Part shown: one piece after another, positions 10,196 through 23,080 of the stretch
How the letters are laid out: every line of letters starts with the position of its first letter
How positions within the stretch are numbered: position 1 is the first letter of the stretch
Assembly (NCBI GenBank): GCA_964016885.1
Contig: OZ024744.1
Span: forward strand, 63,984,001 to 64,048,000
DNA: 64,000 nucleotides
Source of the DNA: Eledone cirrhosa
Taxonomy: Eukaryota
Direction: 5' to 3'
Made by a program: the position numbers and the translations under genes
The notes under the pieces: model-generated
What the model saw: only the letters and a program-made list of their open reading frames with translations
The model's database searches: none
Told to the model about the DNA's origin: nothing

Positions 10196-13100
10196 ATTAT
10201 TGTTCTTTGAGTCTCAGTCATTGATGTTAGTTAACTGAAAAGTTTGTTGAAATGAATATCAAGCCACTACCTGCAGCCTCAGATATTCAGGACGTATCGG
10301 AGGGTTCTTGCTGTTCCCAGCAAGCATGCCTTTTGAAGTGTTCCAAAAAGCGGGGCGGGGCCAATTTTCTTTAACCATCCCTGGAAACTTTTTGAGATAG
10401 TACCTAGTGCGCCTATGACAATCGGGACCACTTTGACCTCATGCCAGTTCCAAATCCTTTTTACCCCCCACTTTAAATCCTGGTATCGGTTAATTTTCTC
10501 CCTCTCCTTCTCTTGCACTCTCGTGTCGAATGGGCAGGCCATATCCACAATCAGGCACAATCTTTTTTCCTTGTCCACAACCACCAGGTCAGGTCTATTG
10601 TGTTCCAGTTTCTTGTCCGTCTGTATCCTAAAATCCCATAGCACCTTCACCTGATCGTTTTCTATCACTGACTCTGGCTTATGCTCATACCACTTCTCAG
10701 AATGTGGGATATTGTTTACTTTGCATAGGTGCCAGTGGATCACCCTGCCTATCACATCATGTCTCCAGCCTTTAGAGTGAGTCTGGGCTAGGTGTTTACA
10801 CTCGGATACAATGTGAGCCAGTCTCCTCTCTCTCTCTCCACAGATCCTGCACAGTGGGCTAGCCTCCTCCTTGTAAATATGGTGTTTCAGCCACTTCGTT
10901 TTGAGGGCCTGCTCTTGCGCAGCCATTAGCATTCCTTCTGTAGCTTTTTTAAGGTCTCCTCTTTTTAACCAGTTCCATGTCTGTGGATCTCTGAATTCCG
11001 TTTTCTCAAAGAAGGTACTATGAAGGGATTTTTAATGAAGGTTGCTCTTTCTCCTCGTTGTTATTTCCTCCTTGGACATCCCTGATCTATTGTCCTCTCC
11101 TTCAGTACAATTCTGAGCATTGGCTCCTTACTATCGGTCACGTATTTGTGTAGGTTGTTTTTCTCCATCTGAACACAGTCCTCTATGCTGATAAGACCTC
11201 TTCCATCTTCAGATCACCTTAAGTAGAGTCTATCGACATCACTCCTCTTGTGGAACATGTTGTAGATAGTCAATAGCTTCCTAGTCTTCCTATCCATTTC
11301 TTTTTGTTCAGCAACATTCCATCTCAGAATTCCCGCACTGTACCTAATAATAGACACAGCTCGGGAATTTACTGCACTTATGGCATTCCTACTGTTCAGA
11401 TGTGACTTTAATACGCTCCTTACTCTCCGAATGTATTCAGATCTTATCAATTCCTTCATGTTTTTGTTCTTGATGTCATCAGCCTCCAGAATACCCAAAT
11501 ACTTGTATCCTTCTTCAGTGTCAATTTCCTTTATCATCTCACCTGTTGGTACCTGGATTCCGTTGCTTCTGCTCAATTTACCCCTCTTCATCACAAGGAC
11601 TCCACACTTACTAATACCAAATTGCATACATATATCATTGCTGAAAATACGGACAGTGTCAACAAACACATCCAACTCCTTCTCACTCTTCCCGAAGAGC
11701 TTAAGATCGTCCATGAAGAGTATAATGGTCAGGGGCAGACTATCTCCCTGGAAGATACCTCTCTTGATCTTCACGCCTCCCAAGGATTCTCCAGCTGATG
11801 TTAACTCTGTTTTCCAGGACTTCATACTTTTGCTCAACAACTGTCTGATGTTATCTGCCACCTTGAAGATCTCTAGGCTTTTGGTGATCCAAGAATGAGG
11901 CACCATGTCAAATGCCTTTTTGTAGTCTATCCATCCCATGGCAAGATCAGTGTGTCTCCTCTTGCAATTCCTCATTACCATCTTATCAATAAGTAACTGG
12001 TCCTTTGTACCACGGGACTTCTTTCGGCATCCTTTCAGTTCGTCCAGTAACAAGTTGTTTGTGTGGAGGTGATGGTTGATTTCCTCAGACACAATGCTTG
12101 TCAACAGTTTCCACATTACGGACAGACATGTGATAGGTCTATAGTTGGTAACATCATTACCCTTGATTCGGTCTTTCATTACCAGAACTGTGGTACCTTT
12201 TGTCAACCACTCTGGTACCTCACCTGACATCAAGCAGTCATTGAACATGGTTGTCAGTTTCGGGTGGAGGGATGTTACATTTTTAAACCAATACCCCTGC
12301 ACACCATCTGGGCCTGGTGATTTCCAGTTGGTTAGTTTTTTGGCCTGCCCCTTGAGAGTTTCAACTGTGATACTCAAATCAGTTTGTTGGTGTGCCTGTT
12401 CACTAATCTCCTTTTGTACTGTCTCAATCCACACTGCCTGGTCATTATGTTTAACATTCTGCTCCTATATTCCTCTCCAGAATGTCTTAGTTTGTTCCGC
12501 CTCAGGGATCAAGTCGTTGCCTCTTTCTTTCCCTTCAAGCTGTCCAAACAACATCTTCTGGTTGTTGTCAAACATTCGGTTCTGTCTATACTGACTGACT
12601 CTGCTCTCGTATCGCCTAATTTTTGCACTCTTTGCTACAATGCGTTGCTTCAGTTCCTCTATGATAATATTTAGCCTTTTCCTCCTAGTTTTGTACTTTA
12701 TTTCCAGTCTATTTTTAGTGTCCCATTCAGTAGGGACTCAAGCTTTCCAATGTCATTTCTCATTTCCCTGATTTGACCATTCAGTCGTTTCTTCCACCAA
12801 GGTTCTGATCTTTCTTGTTTGTTGTTTCCTCTCGCTTTTATGCCAAGTAATTTCCTCACCGCATTTGCTGTTGCTTTGAGGATATTGTTGCACTGGTGAA
12901 GGCTCCTCGCCTCAAGGTATGGGATGACTTTGTTTACCTTAGCTGTTGTTTCTTTTAACTTTTTCCTGTCTACAAATCTTATGTTCATAGGTTTCCCAAT
13001 ACCATTGTTCATTTCATCTACCACTAAGTTTAGGATATCAACCAAATCTTGTCCTAGCCCGTCAGCATTCATTTCCTCAGTGGCCGTATCTTTGTTCCAG

Positions 13101-13870
13101 ATATTATTTATTTCAGCATTCAGATCATTGTCTGCTTCGGATGGTTCCTCCGTTCTCTCAACCTCTTCACCTTCATTTCCCACTGGCTCGTTTGCCTGGC
13201 ATACTCCACCCTCCATCTCCAAGCTAATCTCTCTGCTCAGTTCCTCCAGTTCCAGCTCGCTTATACATCCATTAGTTCTTATTACCCGAGCCTGCCCGGC
13301 CAATTTTTGTTCATCTAATTTAAAAAGACCAATCTCGTTCCAGATGTTATGCATCCGTTTCCTATAGCCCCTCTCCTTGGGGTTACTCTTCAGGTAACAT
13401 TGCATAACAGTTCTATTCAATTCTTTCGTCCAGTTGGTTCTGGTCCCTTTCCTTCTTCCTCTTCCTCCAACACCAGCAGTATTTGGTTGACAGCCAGGGA
13501 GCACCTGCTGGGTGAGAGTCTGTCACATGACATTCCAGTCTCCACTTCACCGTTATTCGAACTGTTTAGGTTCGACATTGAAACACTCTTATCGAGGATT
13601 GGTGAATGTATGGTTACATAACCACCGGTGATTTTAGCGTGGCACTATCACGCTGTAGACGAACATAAATAAACAAACAAACAAATAGGTAAAAACCCCC
13701 CAAAATAAGCATAAGTTTCATTGTAATGTAATGTTTGAATGTCTGACTTAGTTTTTTTTTTCTTGTCTGTCTGTTTGTTTTTCTTTTCTTTTTTCTTTTC
13801 TTTACGTTTTTCGTTGTTGCTGTGCTGTTTTGATTTTGATTTTTGATTTTTTGATTTTTTGACCGGGTCA
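10189..13870 (-). mobile_element. Near full-length R4/Dong-clade non-LTR retrotransposon (RT + CCHC + restriction-like endonuclease), disrupted
   Basis: ORFs 12698-13504; 11214-12434 (WKSPGPDG, YRPITCL, WIDYKKAFDMVPH, GIFQGDS, FMDD); 10279-10932 (CRIC..HIVSEC, RHD, RPDLVV, DMACP, K..RY). (AAT)n tail. 5' end approximate. Confidence 0.92.
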
Positions 13871-13934
13871 TCAAATCAGTCTATTTATATCTTTTGATGC
13901 CTTCCTCATTTAGTGGGAGTACTATGATGCCTGT

Positions 13935-14092
13935 CTTAGCAGGAGGTAGTGGGAGAGAATAGTGGTGGTAGCGATAATGAGGCAGTGGTGGTGGTGGTGA
14001 TGTGCTAGTAGTACTTAGCAGGAGGTAGTGGGAGAGAATAGTGGCGGTAGTGATAATGAGACAGTGGTGGTGGTGATGTGATCGTAGTACTG
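13935..14092. repeat. Tandem duplication, ~79 bp x2
   Basis: cttagcaggaggtagtgggagagaatagtgg...gatgtg..tagtact occurs twice. Confidence 0.85.
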
Positions 14093-14458
14093 TAGTAATG
14101 GTGTTGAAGTTGAAATAGAAATAGAAGTTGAAATAACTTGACTAGAGTTTTTGGCGTGGTAGTGGTGATGGTGGCGGTGGTGGTGTTGGTGGTGAAATTA
14201 TTTGCCTGTCTGTCCACTTAGCCATTTTCTCTTTTTCGACTATAACATTTCTGATCCAAAATTAAATATTAAATATTGGGGCCCTATGCGTTGTTGCCTG
14301 CTGAGGGTCAAAACTGTAATCTTATATTTCATTTGTAATAAGAATTATTCTATCACAGTTGTTTTAAATAAGTAAAAATCAAAAACTTACGGGAGCGATT
14401 CCATCATCATCATCGTTTTACATCCGTTCTTCCATAACGATATATATCCACCATGTGC

Positions 14459-14460
<2 letters not shown>

Positions 14461-14516
<56 letters not shown>

Positions 14517-14745
14517 TTTGAGTCTCAGTCATTGATGTTATTTAACTGGAAAGTTTGTTGAAATGAATATCAAGCCGCTACCTGCAGCCTCAGACATTCA
14601 GAACGTATCGGAGGGTTCTTGCTGTTCCCAGCAAGCATGCCTTTTGAAGTGTTCCAAAAATCGGGGCTGGACTAATCTTCTTTAACCATCCTTGCAAACT
14701 CTTTGAGATAGTACCTAGTGTCCTATGACAATTGGCACGACCTTG
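14461..14745 (-). mobile_element. 3' fragment of the same R4/Dong-type LINE with a long (TAA)n tail
   Basis: Near-identical to 10200-10440; (tta)n at 14461-14515. Confidence 0.9.
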
Positions 14746-16450
14746 AAGCTAAACAGCTCCAGGAGAGGTGCATGGAACAAGGTTTGGGTCTGTAACAGAT
14801 TTTTGTCGATCTGACAAAAGCTTTCGATATTGTTAGCAGAAATGCATTGTAGAAGGTTCACCAGAAACTTGGTTGCCCTAATAAGTTTCTTGATTTGGTT
14901 AGGTCTTTCCATGACGACATGAAGGCTTGGGTTAATGTCAGAGGTAACATGTCTGAGCATATTTAACATCAGCCGCTTTACTGCAAAAACAAAAGTATTT
15001 ACATCAATCATAAGAGACCTCTTGTATGCAGATGATTGCGATCTTGTAGCACACACAGAGTGATATGCAGCACATTTTGAATGCATTTTCTGATGCTTGC
15101 ACTACCCTAGGATTGACTGTCAGTCACAGGAAAACTGCCGTCAGGTACCAACCTGCTCCTGGTAAGCAGTACAGTGAACCAAATATCTATGTGTATGGTA
15201 AACGACTTGGAGTGGTTGACCAGTTTGTCTACCTGGGAAGCACTGTCAATCGATACAGCAATCTTGATAATGAAATTCCTCTCAAGATTAGGAAAGCAAG
15301 TGATGCTTTTGGAAAGCTAGAAAGGCACCTCTGGGGTCGGCAAGACATATGCAAGAAGACAAAGGTAAAGGTGTACAAGGCATGTGTGCTCTCTTCTCTT
15401 CTTTATGCCTGCGAGACCTGGGTCACATATCGACACCACCTTAAACAATTGTAGCGTTTCCATCAGATGTGTCTCAGACGGATCCATGGCGTTCACTGGA
15501 GGGACCACATTAGTGATGTCGAGATTTTGGAAAGCTCTCTGTGTGAAAGTATAGAAGCTCTTGTGCTTAAGCAAAGACTGCGATGGAGTGGTCACCTTGC
15601 CAGGATGAAGGATTCTAAAATACAAAAAACAACTTTTATGGAGAGTTAGTTAAAGGAAAACGACCTCCACATAAACCAAAAAAGAGGTTTAAGGATTCGT
15701 TGAAAGCCTCTTTGAAAGACACTAACATCTCTGCTGATACATGGGAAAGCGTAGCTGCTGATTGTAATAAATAGAGAAAGACTGTATATGAGGGGAAAGT
15801 TGCCTTTGAGGCATCTCGAATTACATACGAGAAAGTAAAAAGGGATGTGAGGAAGGGCATTGCTGTTACATTTCCAGACAGCGAAGGTCCTCCTATGGTG
15901 CTGACATGCAGCGTCTGTGTGAGACTCTGCCTCATCAAAGCTGGACTCGAAAGTCATCTTCGCAGTCATAAAGTGAGACCAGTGGTTGACTGCCAGGCTG
16001 CTATTGGAGATGCTACTCATCATGCCTGCCAAGCATGTGGTAGAGAATGTAGATCAGCAGGAGGGCTCAAACGACATGCAAAAGTACATGAATTCCAACC
16101 ACAGCTGGCTATTCCCAGTGAATGTTTTGGATGCCAACTCTGTAAAAGACATTTTAGATCATTGGCTGGGCTAAAAAGCCACATTCGATCACAGCACCGT
16201 TAATTGTTGTTATTGAGTGTGTGTGTGTGTGGGGGGGGGGGATGTAAATGTATATATAGATATTTATATGTGTGTGTGTATGTGTATGTATGTGTGTGTA
16301 CATATGTATATATATATAAATATATATAATTTTTTTTCTTTTTTCTATTATATTATTGTCATTATTGTTATTATTATATTGCTTTTTTTTTGTTTTTTTC
16401 TTTGTGCAATGGCAATACTCAATAACGAGGGAGCAGCCATCATGTATGTA
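14746..16450 (+). mobile_element. RTE/BovB-type LINE 3' half with three C-terminal C2H2 zinc fingers, disrupted
   Basis: DLTKAF, LLYADDC, FVYLGS, LLYACETW and LRWSGH motifs. ORF 15847-16203 has three CxxC..HxxxH fingers. 3' end atggcaatactc..acgagggagcagccatca. Confidence 0.88.
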
Positions 16451-17344
16451 TGTATATATGTATTATGTATGCATGTATGCATGCATGCATGTACACATGC
16501 ATGTATGTGTGTGTATGAATGCATGAAATTATATGTGTGTGTGGTCATATATATATGTCATTGTCTGAGAGAATTGTAATTATGAAAGAATGAGCCCTCA
16601 ATATGTTAACATAGAGGTATATTATATTACTTACAATGCATGGCAACTAAGTATATATTTTCTTAGGTACTCAGAGTTTCATGATGGTGGCTGATTAATG
16701 GTAGCAGATTAATTTCATGTGCACCAATTTTCAACTTTTGTGTAAAACAATCTCTGAGGCAACAGTCAAATTAACAAACCTAGTCTGCATCGCCAGCCTC
16801 AAGCAATATGTCAGACTCGCTGAGTAGTGGTTGAAAGAGTGCTATAATAACTATATTGCAACAATTGTAAACAACACAACAAAACCATCCATCTGCTTCT
16901 GGAAACTGAAAGTGGGCTTTGCAGAATACAGGATCAGTTGGAGGATAGCAGAAAGATGCTGACCCTATATCAACTTAACCAGGAAATGCAGGCTTTGAGG
17001 TACAGAGTGATAGCTAATATTAAAGAACTCATTACATCCCAACACCTGCCTTAATGTCAAAAGTGAACTATAGAAACCTTGTCTGCACTGCACAAAATTC
17101 GTCCTTCGCTTCTGGCCTCCCCTTAACTAGATACTTCTGATACATCGGGAGCAACCCCTCACCCACCGAATAACTGTTATAACATAACTGCTCACTAAGC
17201 AACCAGGAAAATTGATTGGATAACAAGTGAAATTTTCCCCTTCACAAACAAATGTAAATGTAATTGGATAAATATGTCGGACCTTTCTAAATATAATCTT
17301 CTGATAAACTTTCTCATAAAAGTCGCTCAAACGAGGTTGTAGAG

Positions 17345-18465
17345 ATGCTTGAACTTTTCTGGGTGGGAAATGTCAATGGGCTGGGTGGGATAGGAATTAT
17401 GTTAGCAGAAAAATGGGTAGATAAGATAATAGACGTAAATAGAGTGAACCACAGAATAATTAAAATAAGACTAGTCCTAAATAGAACTACTGTGACAATA
17501 ATATCCGCTTATGCACCCCAATCCGGACTGCCCGGCGTCACTAATGCTCACTACCTCCCAACTAACCGACAGTGACTACATAATTATTGCTGCCAACCTA
17601 AATGGTCATGTTGGACAACATTGTGACGGCTATGATGGAATCCATTGAGGCTATGGGTTTGGTACTAGAAATGAGGAAGGCTTCCGAATCCTGGAATTCT
17701 GTGACTCTAATAGCCTAACTATCTGTAACACCGAAAGAGGTTGTATTGTGGACAAGGTTGAAAGGGCTGAGGTCAGACACCTTTCTCTCCGGCCAACAAC
17801 TGATTCTTTTTTTCAAATACCACTTTGGAAAAAGAATCAGGATGGAGAGAGAGGTGCTGTACCCCAGCAAGTTTTATGAAAGGTGGGTGAAAGTGGCGAG
17901 AATGGCCCGAGTGAATGGGCCTTCTCTCTATATTAGCCTGTAGGTTGAGAAAAAAGAGGAAGAAAGGAAAGGGGTACAAACTCTTCGTACTCCTGGAGAT
18001 GAGGGTTGCACATTTTTTCGGGGGTATGTGTTACCCATATGAACTGTCTCCCCCTATTGGGGAAAATCAACTAATTTTTTAAATTGCATTTGTGATATTA
18101 TTTTACACGTTTTTATTGTATGTAAACTTCCCCCTTCTTTTGTGCCCCTGTGGCTAATAAAGAAACATATCTGTAACACAAACTTCAAAAAACGAGACAA
18201 TCACTTGATCACCTATAGATCAGGGGAACACGCCAGCCAATAGATTATATCCTTACTAGAAGACGTGACAGAGTGTCTGTTGTAAACACTAAATCCCTCC
18301 CCCATGAAGAATGCACCTCCCAACATAGCCTCATAATTAGTGACCTCATAATCAGGACTAGACATACTTGACGACAAAGGAGGAGGACTACCCTGAGGAG
18401 AAAAATATGGAAGTTAAAGGACCCCACAACCAGTAATAAATTTAAAAGCATATTACTTGAGGCTA
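17345..18465 (+). mobile_element. RTE LINE apurinic-endonuclease fragment, interrupted at 17732-18167
   Basis: GGIGIML..RII..ISAYAPQ, NGHVG and RILEFC motifs, then NTNF..QLDYIL after the insert. Confidence 0.85.
17732..18167 (+). mobile_element. 5'-truncated Tx1/L1-like LINE 3' end with 12-bp TSD
   Basis: TSD tatctgtaacac at 17720-17731 and 18168-18179. ORF 17746-17943 ends in an ER..L..F..RW motif typical of Tx1 ORF2 C-termini. AATAAA near the 3' end. Confidence 0.7.
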
Positions 18466-18598
18466 AAAATTGCCAGCGCATATTAATCTGGCACCATTAA
18501 TCAGCCATCACCATGAAACTCTGTACCTATGAAAACATGTTTAGTTGCCATGTATTTTAAGTTAAATATCTTTCTCTCTCTCTCTTTCTCTCTCTCTC

Positions 18599-18656
<58 letters not shown>

Positions 18657-18719
18657 TATATATATATCATCATCATCACCTTCATGATATATATATATAT
18701 ATATATGTAAATAACAACA

Positions 18720-18900
18720 CAATCGGTACAGTATATGGAAGAAATATATTAGTTTAACGCTTGAAATTGCAGCAAGAGGGGCTTAATGTTTCAGACGTTA
18801 GTCTGTCATCAGAAGAAAGAATGAGAAATTAGAAAGACTGAAGGGACAGGCAGGGCGGAATCGGAAAAAAATGTTTTTAGAGAAAAATAACAGGCCCATT
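18720..18900 (-). mobile_element. Penelope-like terminal repeat remnant with hammerhead core
   Basis: Minus strand CTGATGA-c-agac-taac-gtct-GAAAC (18785-18812). Related copies at ~19160-19350 and ~48230-48410. Confidence 0.55.
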
Positions 18901-19159
18901 CATGTTGTCATCTTTTGGAAAACTGTTGATGCTGTCGTTTTCTGTATGATATAATTTTTAAAAAAAGTGGATGCTGGAGTGGGTCTTCCTGAAATGGAAA
19001 AAAAAAACAGTTTTGTATATAGAGCTATGTGTATGTGCGTACATATACGCGCGTGTGTGTGTGTATATGTATATATATATATGTGTGTATATATATATAT
19101 ATGTATATATATATATGCATATATATGTAAAAGGTAAACAGAAATAACAAAAATAATAA

Positions 19160-19350
19160 AACAAATGGCACAGTACATAGAAGAAATATATTAGTTTAAC
19201 GCTTGAAATAGCAAGAAGAGAGCCGTAACGTTTCGGACATAGTCCTTCATCAGAAGATAGAGTTAGAAATAGAAAATAAATAGAAAGTTAAGAGTGATAA
19301 GAGGAAGGAACAGGGAAAATAAGAAAAAAAATTGGGGAGAAAAAAGACAC
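19160..19350 (-). mobile_element. Penelope-like terminal repeat remnant with hammerhead core
   Basis: Minus strand CTGATGA-a-GGAC-tat-GTCC-GAAACGTTA (19226-19253). Confidence 0.6.
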
Positions 19351-19868
19351 ATCTTGGAGAGTATATATAATAAATTGACGGAACTAGTATAGATATCACT
19401 GCTAGGTCCAGTTGCATCTCAGCGTACTCAATAGGTAATGTTAAATAAACTCACAGAGTATACACATAGTTATTCGCTTCAATACAACACACGTAAACGG
19501 GTACCTTCAATTGCTCCCGAACTCAAGTTTCGGCCACATTAATGCAGCAGTAGAGTGCACTGTACCTTCTGTCCGCATATATTATGCAACAATGCACAAC
19601 CGGCACGTGTGGCTTCAACAGCAAGCTTCGCCTAATCAATAACCAATCGATCAACAGAATTCAACTCCAGTCCATGCCAGCTATGACTGTATGTGATGGC
19701 TAACACAGTAAAATGTTGGTAACTGGAATCTCTCTCCATGTCACAATGCTGTCTCCTGATTAGCTACTGATTTATAATATATATATATATAACGAAGGAA
19801 ATGTGGTAAGGAACCAGGTGGACCATAACACACCAAAGTACTCAATACTTAGAGTAGTAGAGTGGGTA

Positions 19869-19930
19869 ATAGGAACGGGTAGGACCCCGACGGCTGAGCT
19901 CAAGCCGTTTCGGGTCCTACTCGTTCCTAT
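19869..19930. repeat. ~28-bp GC-rich hairpin ending a short element between (TA)n tracts
   Basis: ataggaacgggtaggaccccgacggct / agccgtttcgggtcctactcgttcctat are nearly perfect inverted arms. Confidence 0.85.
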
Positions 19931-19949
19931 ATATATATATATATATATT

Positions 19950-21457
19950 TGTAAGCCGCTCTACCCAGCATTTGTCGATCTGGAAAAAGCCTTTGACAGA
20001 GTGCCCTGTGTTATTATCTGATGGGCTCTTAGAAAACTAGGAGTAGATGAATGGCTTGTGAAAGCTGTACAAGCCATGTATAGGGGAGCAGTCAGCAAAA
20101 TTAGTGTTAACAATGACTATAGCAAGAAATTTAGCATACAGGATGGTGTCCACCAGGGTTCTGTTCTTAGCCCTCTCCTGTTTATTATAGTATTGCAGGC
20201 TATAACAGAGGAGTTTAAGACTGGCTGCCCATGGGAACTCCTGTATGGGGTTGATCTTACACTTATAGCTGAATCTATGGCAGAACTAAAGAAGAAATTC
20301 CAAACATGGAAGCAGTGACTAGAAAGAAAGGGCCTCAAAGTCAACCTGACAAAGACTAAGGTCTTTGTAAGTAGACGAGAAAACAACCCAGATCCCCCCA
20401 AGGAAATGGCCTTGCTCAGTATGTAGGAAAGGTGTAGGTAGGAATTCCATTCTCTGCCCCAAATGCAAACAATGGGTACACAAGAGATGTAGTGGGATCT
20501 CAGGAAGCTTAGCTAAGAATGTAGGCTTTACATGTAACAGCTGCACCAGGACAGCAAGCAGCAAATGACCACAAACTCTGGGAGGGCTCTGTAGAAACAG
20601 TAGACAGCTTTTGCTATCTAGGTGACCGAATTAGCAGCGGAGGTGGGTGTTCTGAAAGTACAGTAACTAGGGTAAGAATGGGATGGAAGAAGTTCAGGGA
20701 GCTACTACCACTGCTAGCTGCAAAAGGCTTTTCCCTCAAAATAAAAGGCAGACTGTATGATGCATGCATATGAACAACAATGAGACCTGGGCGACGTGTG
20801 TAGAAGACTTGCATGAATTAGAAAGAAACGAAGCTTGCAGGCTCCGATGGATGTGTATATGCGAACAGAAAAGCATAAACAAATTGAGAGAGAGACTGAG
20901 CATAAAAGGAACTTAAATGCTGTGTGCAGGAGAGGAGGTTGCATTGGAATGGACATGTGAAGGATGACAGCTGCATAAAAAGGTGCAGAGCACTAAAAGT
21001 CGATGGAAGCCTTGGGGCGGAGAGACCCAAGAAAACCTGAGATGAGATGATAAAAGTCGACCTTACCCAATTGTCCCTCTCAAAGGTGATGACACAAGGC
21101 TGTGACCTCTAGCGTCATGCAGTAATACAGAAGACCCAACTTCCCATGGGTACAAGCCAAAGCTGAAGCATATAGACAATATGCCTCCACCCCCTCCGAC
21201 TGCAAAGTGGTCATGGAGGTGTCACAACAAAAAGGCACCCAGGCCACACTGTAAAGTGGTTGTGTAGTGCACCCAGCACTCACTGTAAATGAGATTGGTG
21301 TTAGGAAGGGCATCCAGCTGTAGAAATCAAGCCAAAATCAGTTCCCGTATGAGCAAGACAAGGTCACTCGACTGGGCACTGCCCACAACAGGACAACCCG
21401 TCCAACCCATGCTAGCGTGGAAGAATGGACGTAAAACAGTGATGATGATGATGATAC
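19950..21457 (+). mobile_element. RTE LINE (alpha-like), RT to 3' end, degenerate
   Basis: FVDLEKAFDRVP, GVHQGSVLSP and PHD remnant; 3' UTR and (GAT)n tail. Confidence 0.9.
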
Positions 21458-21588
21458 ATATATAATATGGAAATGAAATCAAAAATGCTACTGAAGTCTT
21501 TTTAAGAATATTTATTTCCTTTACCGGTTTCACAGTTCCTATGCTTTTCAAAAGTAATACGAGATGGAGGATTTGTGGTTTGTCTGGC

Positions 21589-23080
21589 ATATCATCATCA
21601 TCATTTTACATTCGCTTTTCCTGCTTGCAAGGGTGGGATTCAGCATCTCTCCACTTGTCACGGTCCATCGTCATTTTCTCCATGAGCTTCAGCAATGTGA
21701 GGCCTGCTCTCACCAGCTCCGCCCATGTTTTTTGTGGTCTTCCTCTACTGCGTCTTCCTTCTACTGGGGTTTCTTGGCACTTCTTTACCCAGCGGTCATC
21801 CTCCATACGCACCACATGTCCATACCATCGCAGTCTTCTCTCCCGCATACTACAACTTATCCCTCTTATACAGTTTCTCTCTCAACTCATCTATGCTTCA
21901 TCGTTCATGCACATTGACATTGTTCATCCAACGGAGCATGCTTACTTCATTTCTCTCCAGCCATCGCATATCCTCTGCAGTTACTGCCCATGTCTCACTA
22001 CCATGCAGCATCGCACTCCTCACACAGGCATCATATAACCATCCTTTTGTATGCAGGGAGAAACCCTTTTTGTCAACAGAGGAAGCAGCTCCCTAAACTT
22101 CTTCCAACCCGTCCTTATTCTAAATACTATGGCCTCGGAACACCCCCTCCCATGCTAATCTGATCTCCTAGGTAACGGAAGCTATCCACCACTTCTATAG
22201 CACCCGCCTGCATTTGAAAAATGTGTCTATCACTGCGACTTCTACTGTTAAATTTCCCTGTACATCTACTGCATACATAATTTTCCCTACCTGTTAGTTT
22301 GCCTGCTATCCCACTACATCTCTTGTGTACCCAAGATCTGCATAGTGTACATTTTATAGAATTTATGCCAGCTACTTTTCTACATATTGAACATGGACAT
22401 TTTCCTGATGGAATCAGAGTTTTGTCCTCTTTTCTACTCATCAACACTTTTGTCTTACCTAGGTTTACTCTCAGCCCTCTTGATTCTAACTGCTGTTTCC
22501 ATAGCCAGAATTTATTCTCTAGCTCCTCTACTGATTCTGCTATAAGTACCAGATCGTCAACATAGAGAAGTTCCCATGGACAGCCAGTCTTAAACTCCTC
22601 TGTTATGGCTTGGAGAACTATAATGAACAAGAGCGGGCTGAGGACCGAACCCTGATGTACTCCTACTTGTACCTGGAATTTCTCACAAAACTCCATTCCT
22701 ACTCTCACTTTACTGACAGTGTCCCTGTACATATCTTGCACTGTCCTCACAAGCCATTCCTCTACACCTACTTTCCTTAGGGACCACCAGATGACAGATC
22801 GAGGTACCCTATCAAAGCCTTCTCTAGGTCAACAAAAGCTAAGTATAGTGGCTTATTCTTCTCTAAGACCCTCTCTTGTAGTTGTCTCACTAAGAAGAGG
22901 GCATCTGTTGTACTTTTCCCAAGTACAAAACCAAACTGCCTCTCATCTAATTTTACCCTTTCTCTAATTAGATACGCCATAACCTAGTCCATCAGTTTTA
23001 TGCCCCTATAATTCATCCTCTCCAGAGCATCCCCTTTACCTTTGTAGCAATTTATGAGAATACTGCTGCACCAGTCTTTG
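21589..23080 (-). mobile_element. RTE LINE subfamily beta, RT to 3' end
   Basis: ORFs 22127-22750 (GVHQGSVLSP, LYVDD, PHD, FRYLGD) and 21606-21848. Short 3' UTR and (GAT)n tail. Confidence 0.92.
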
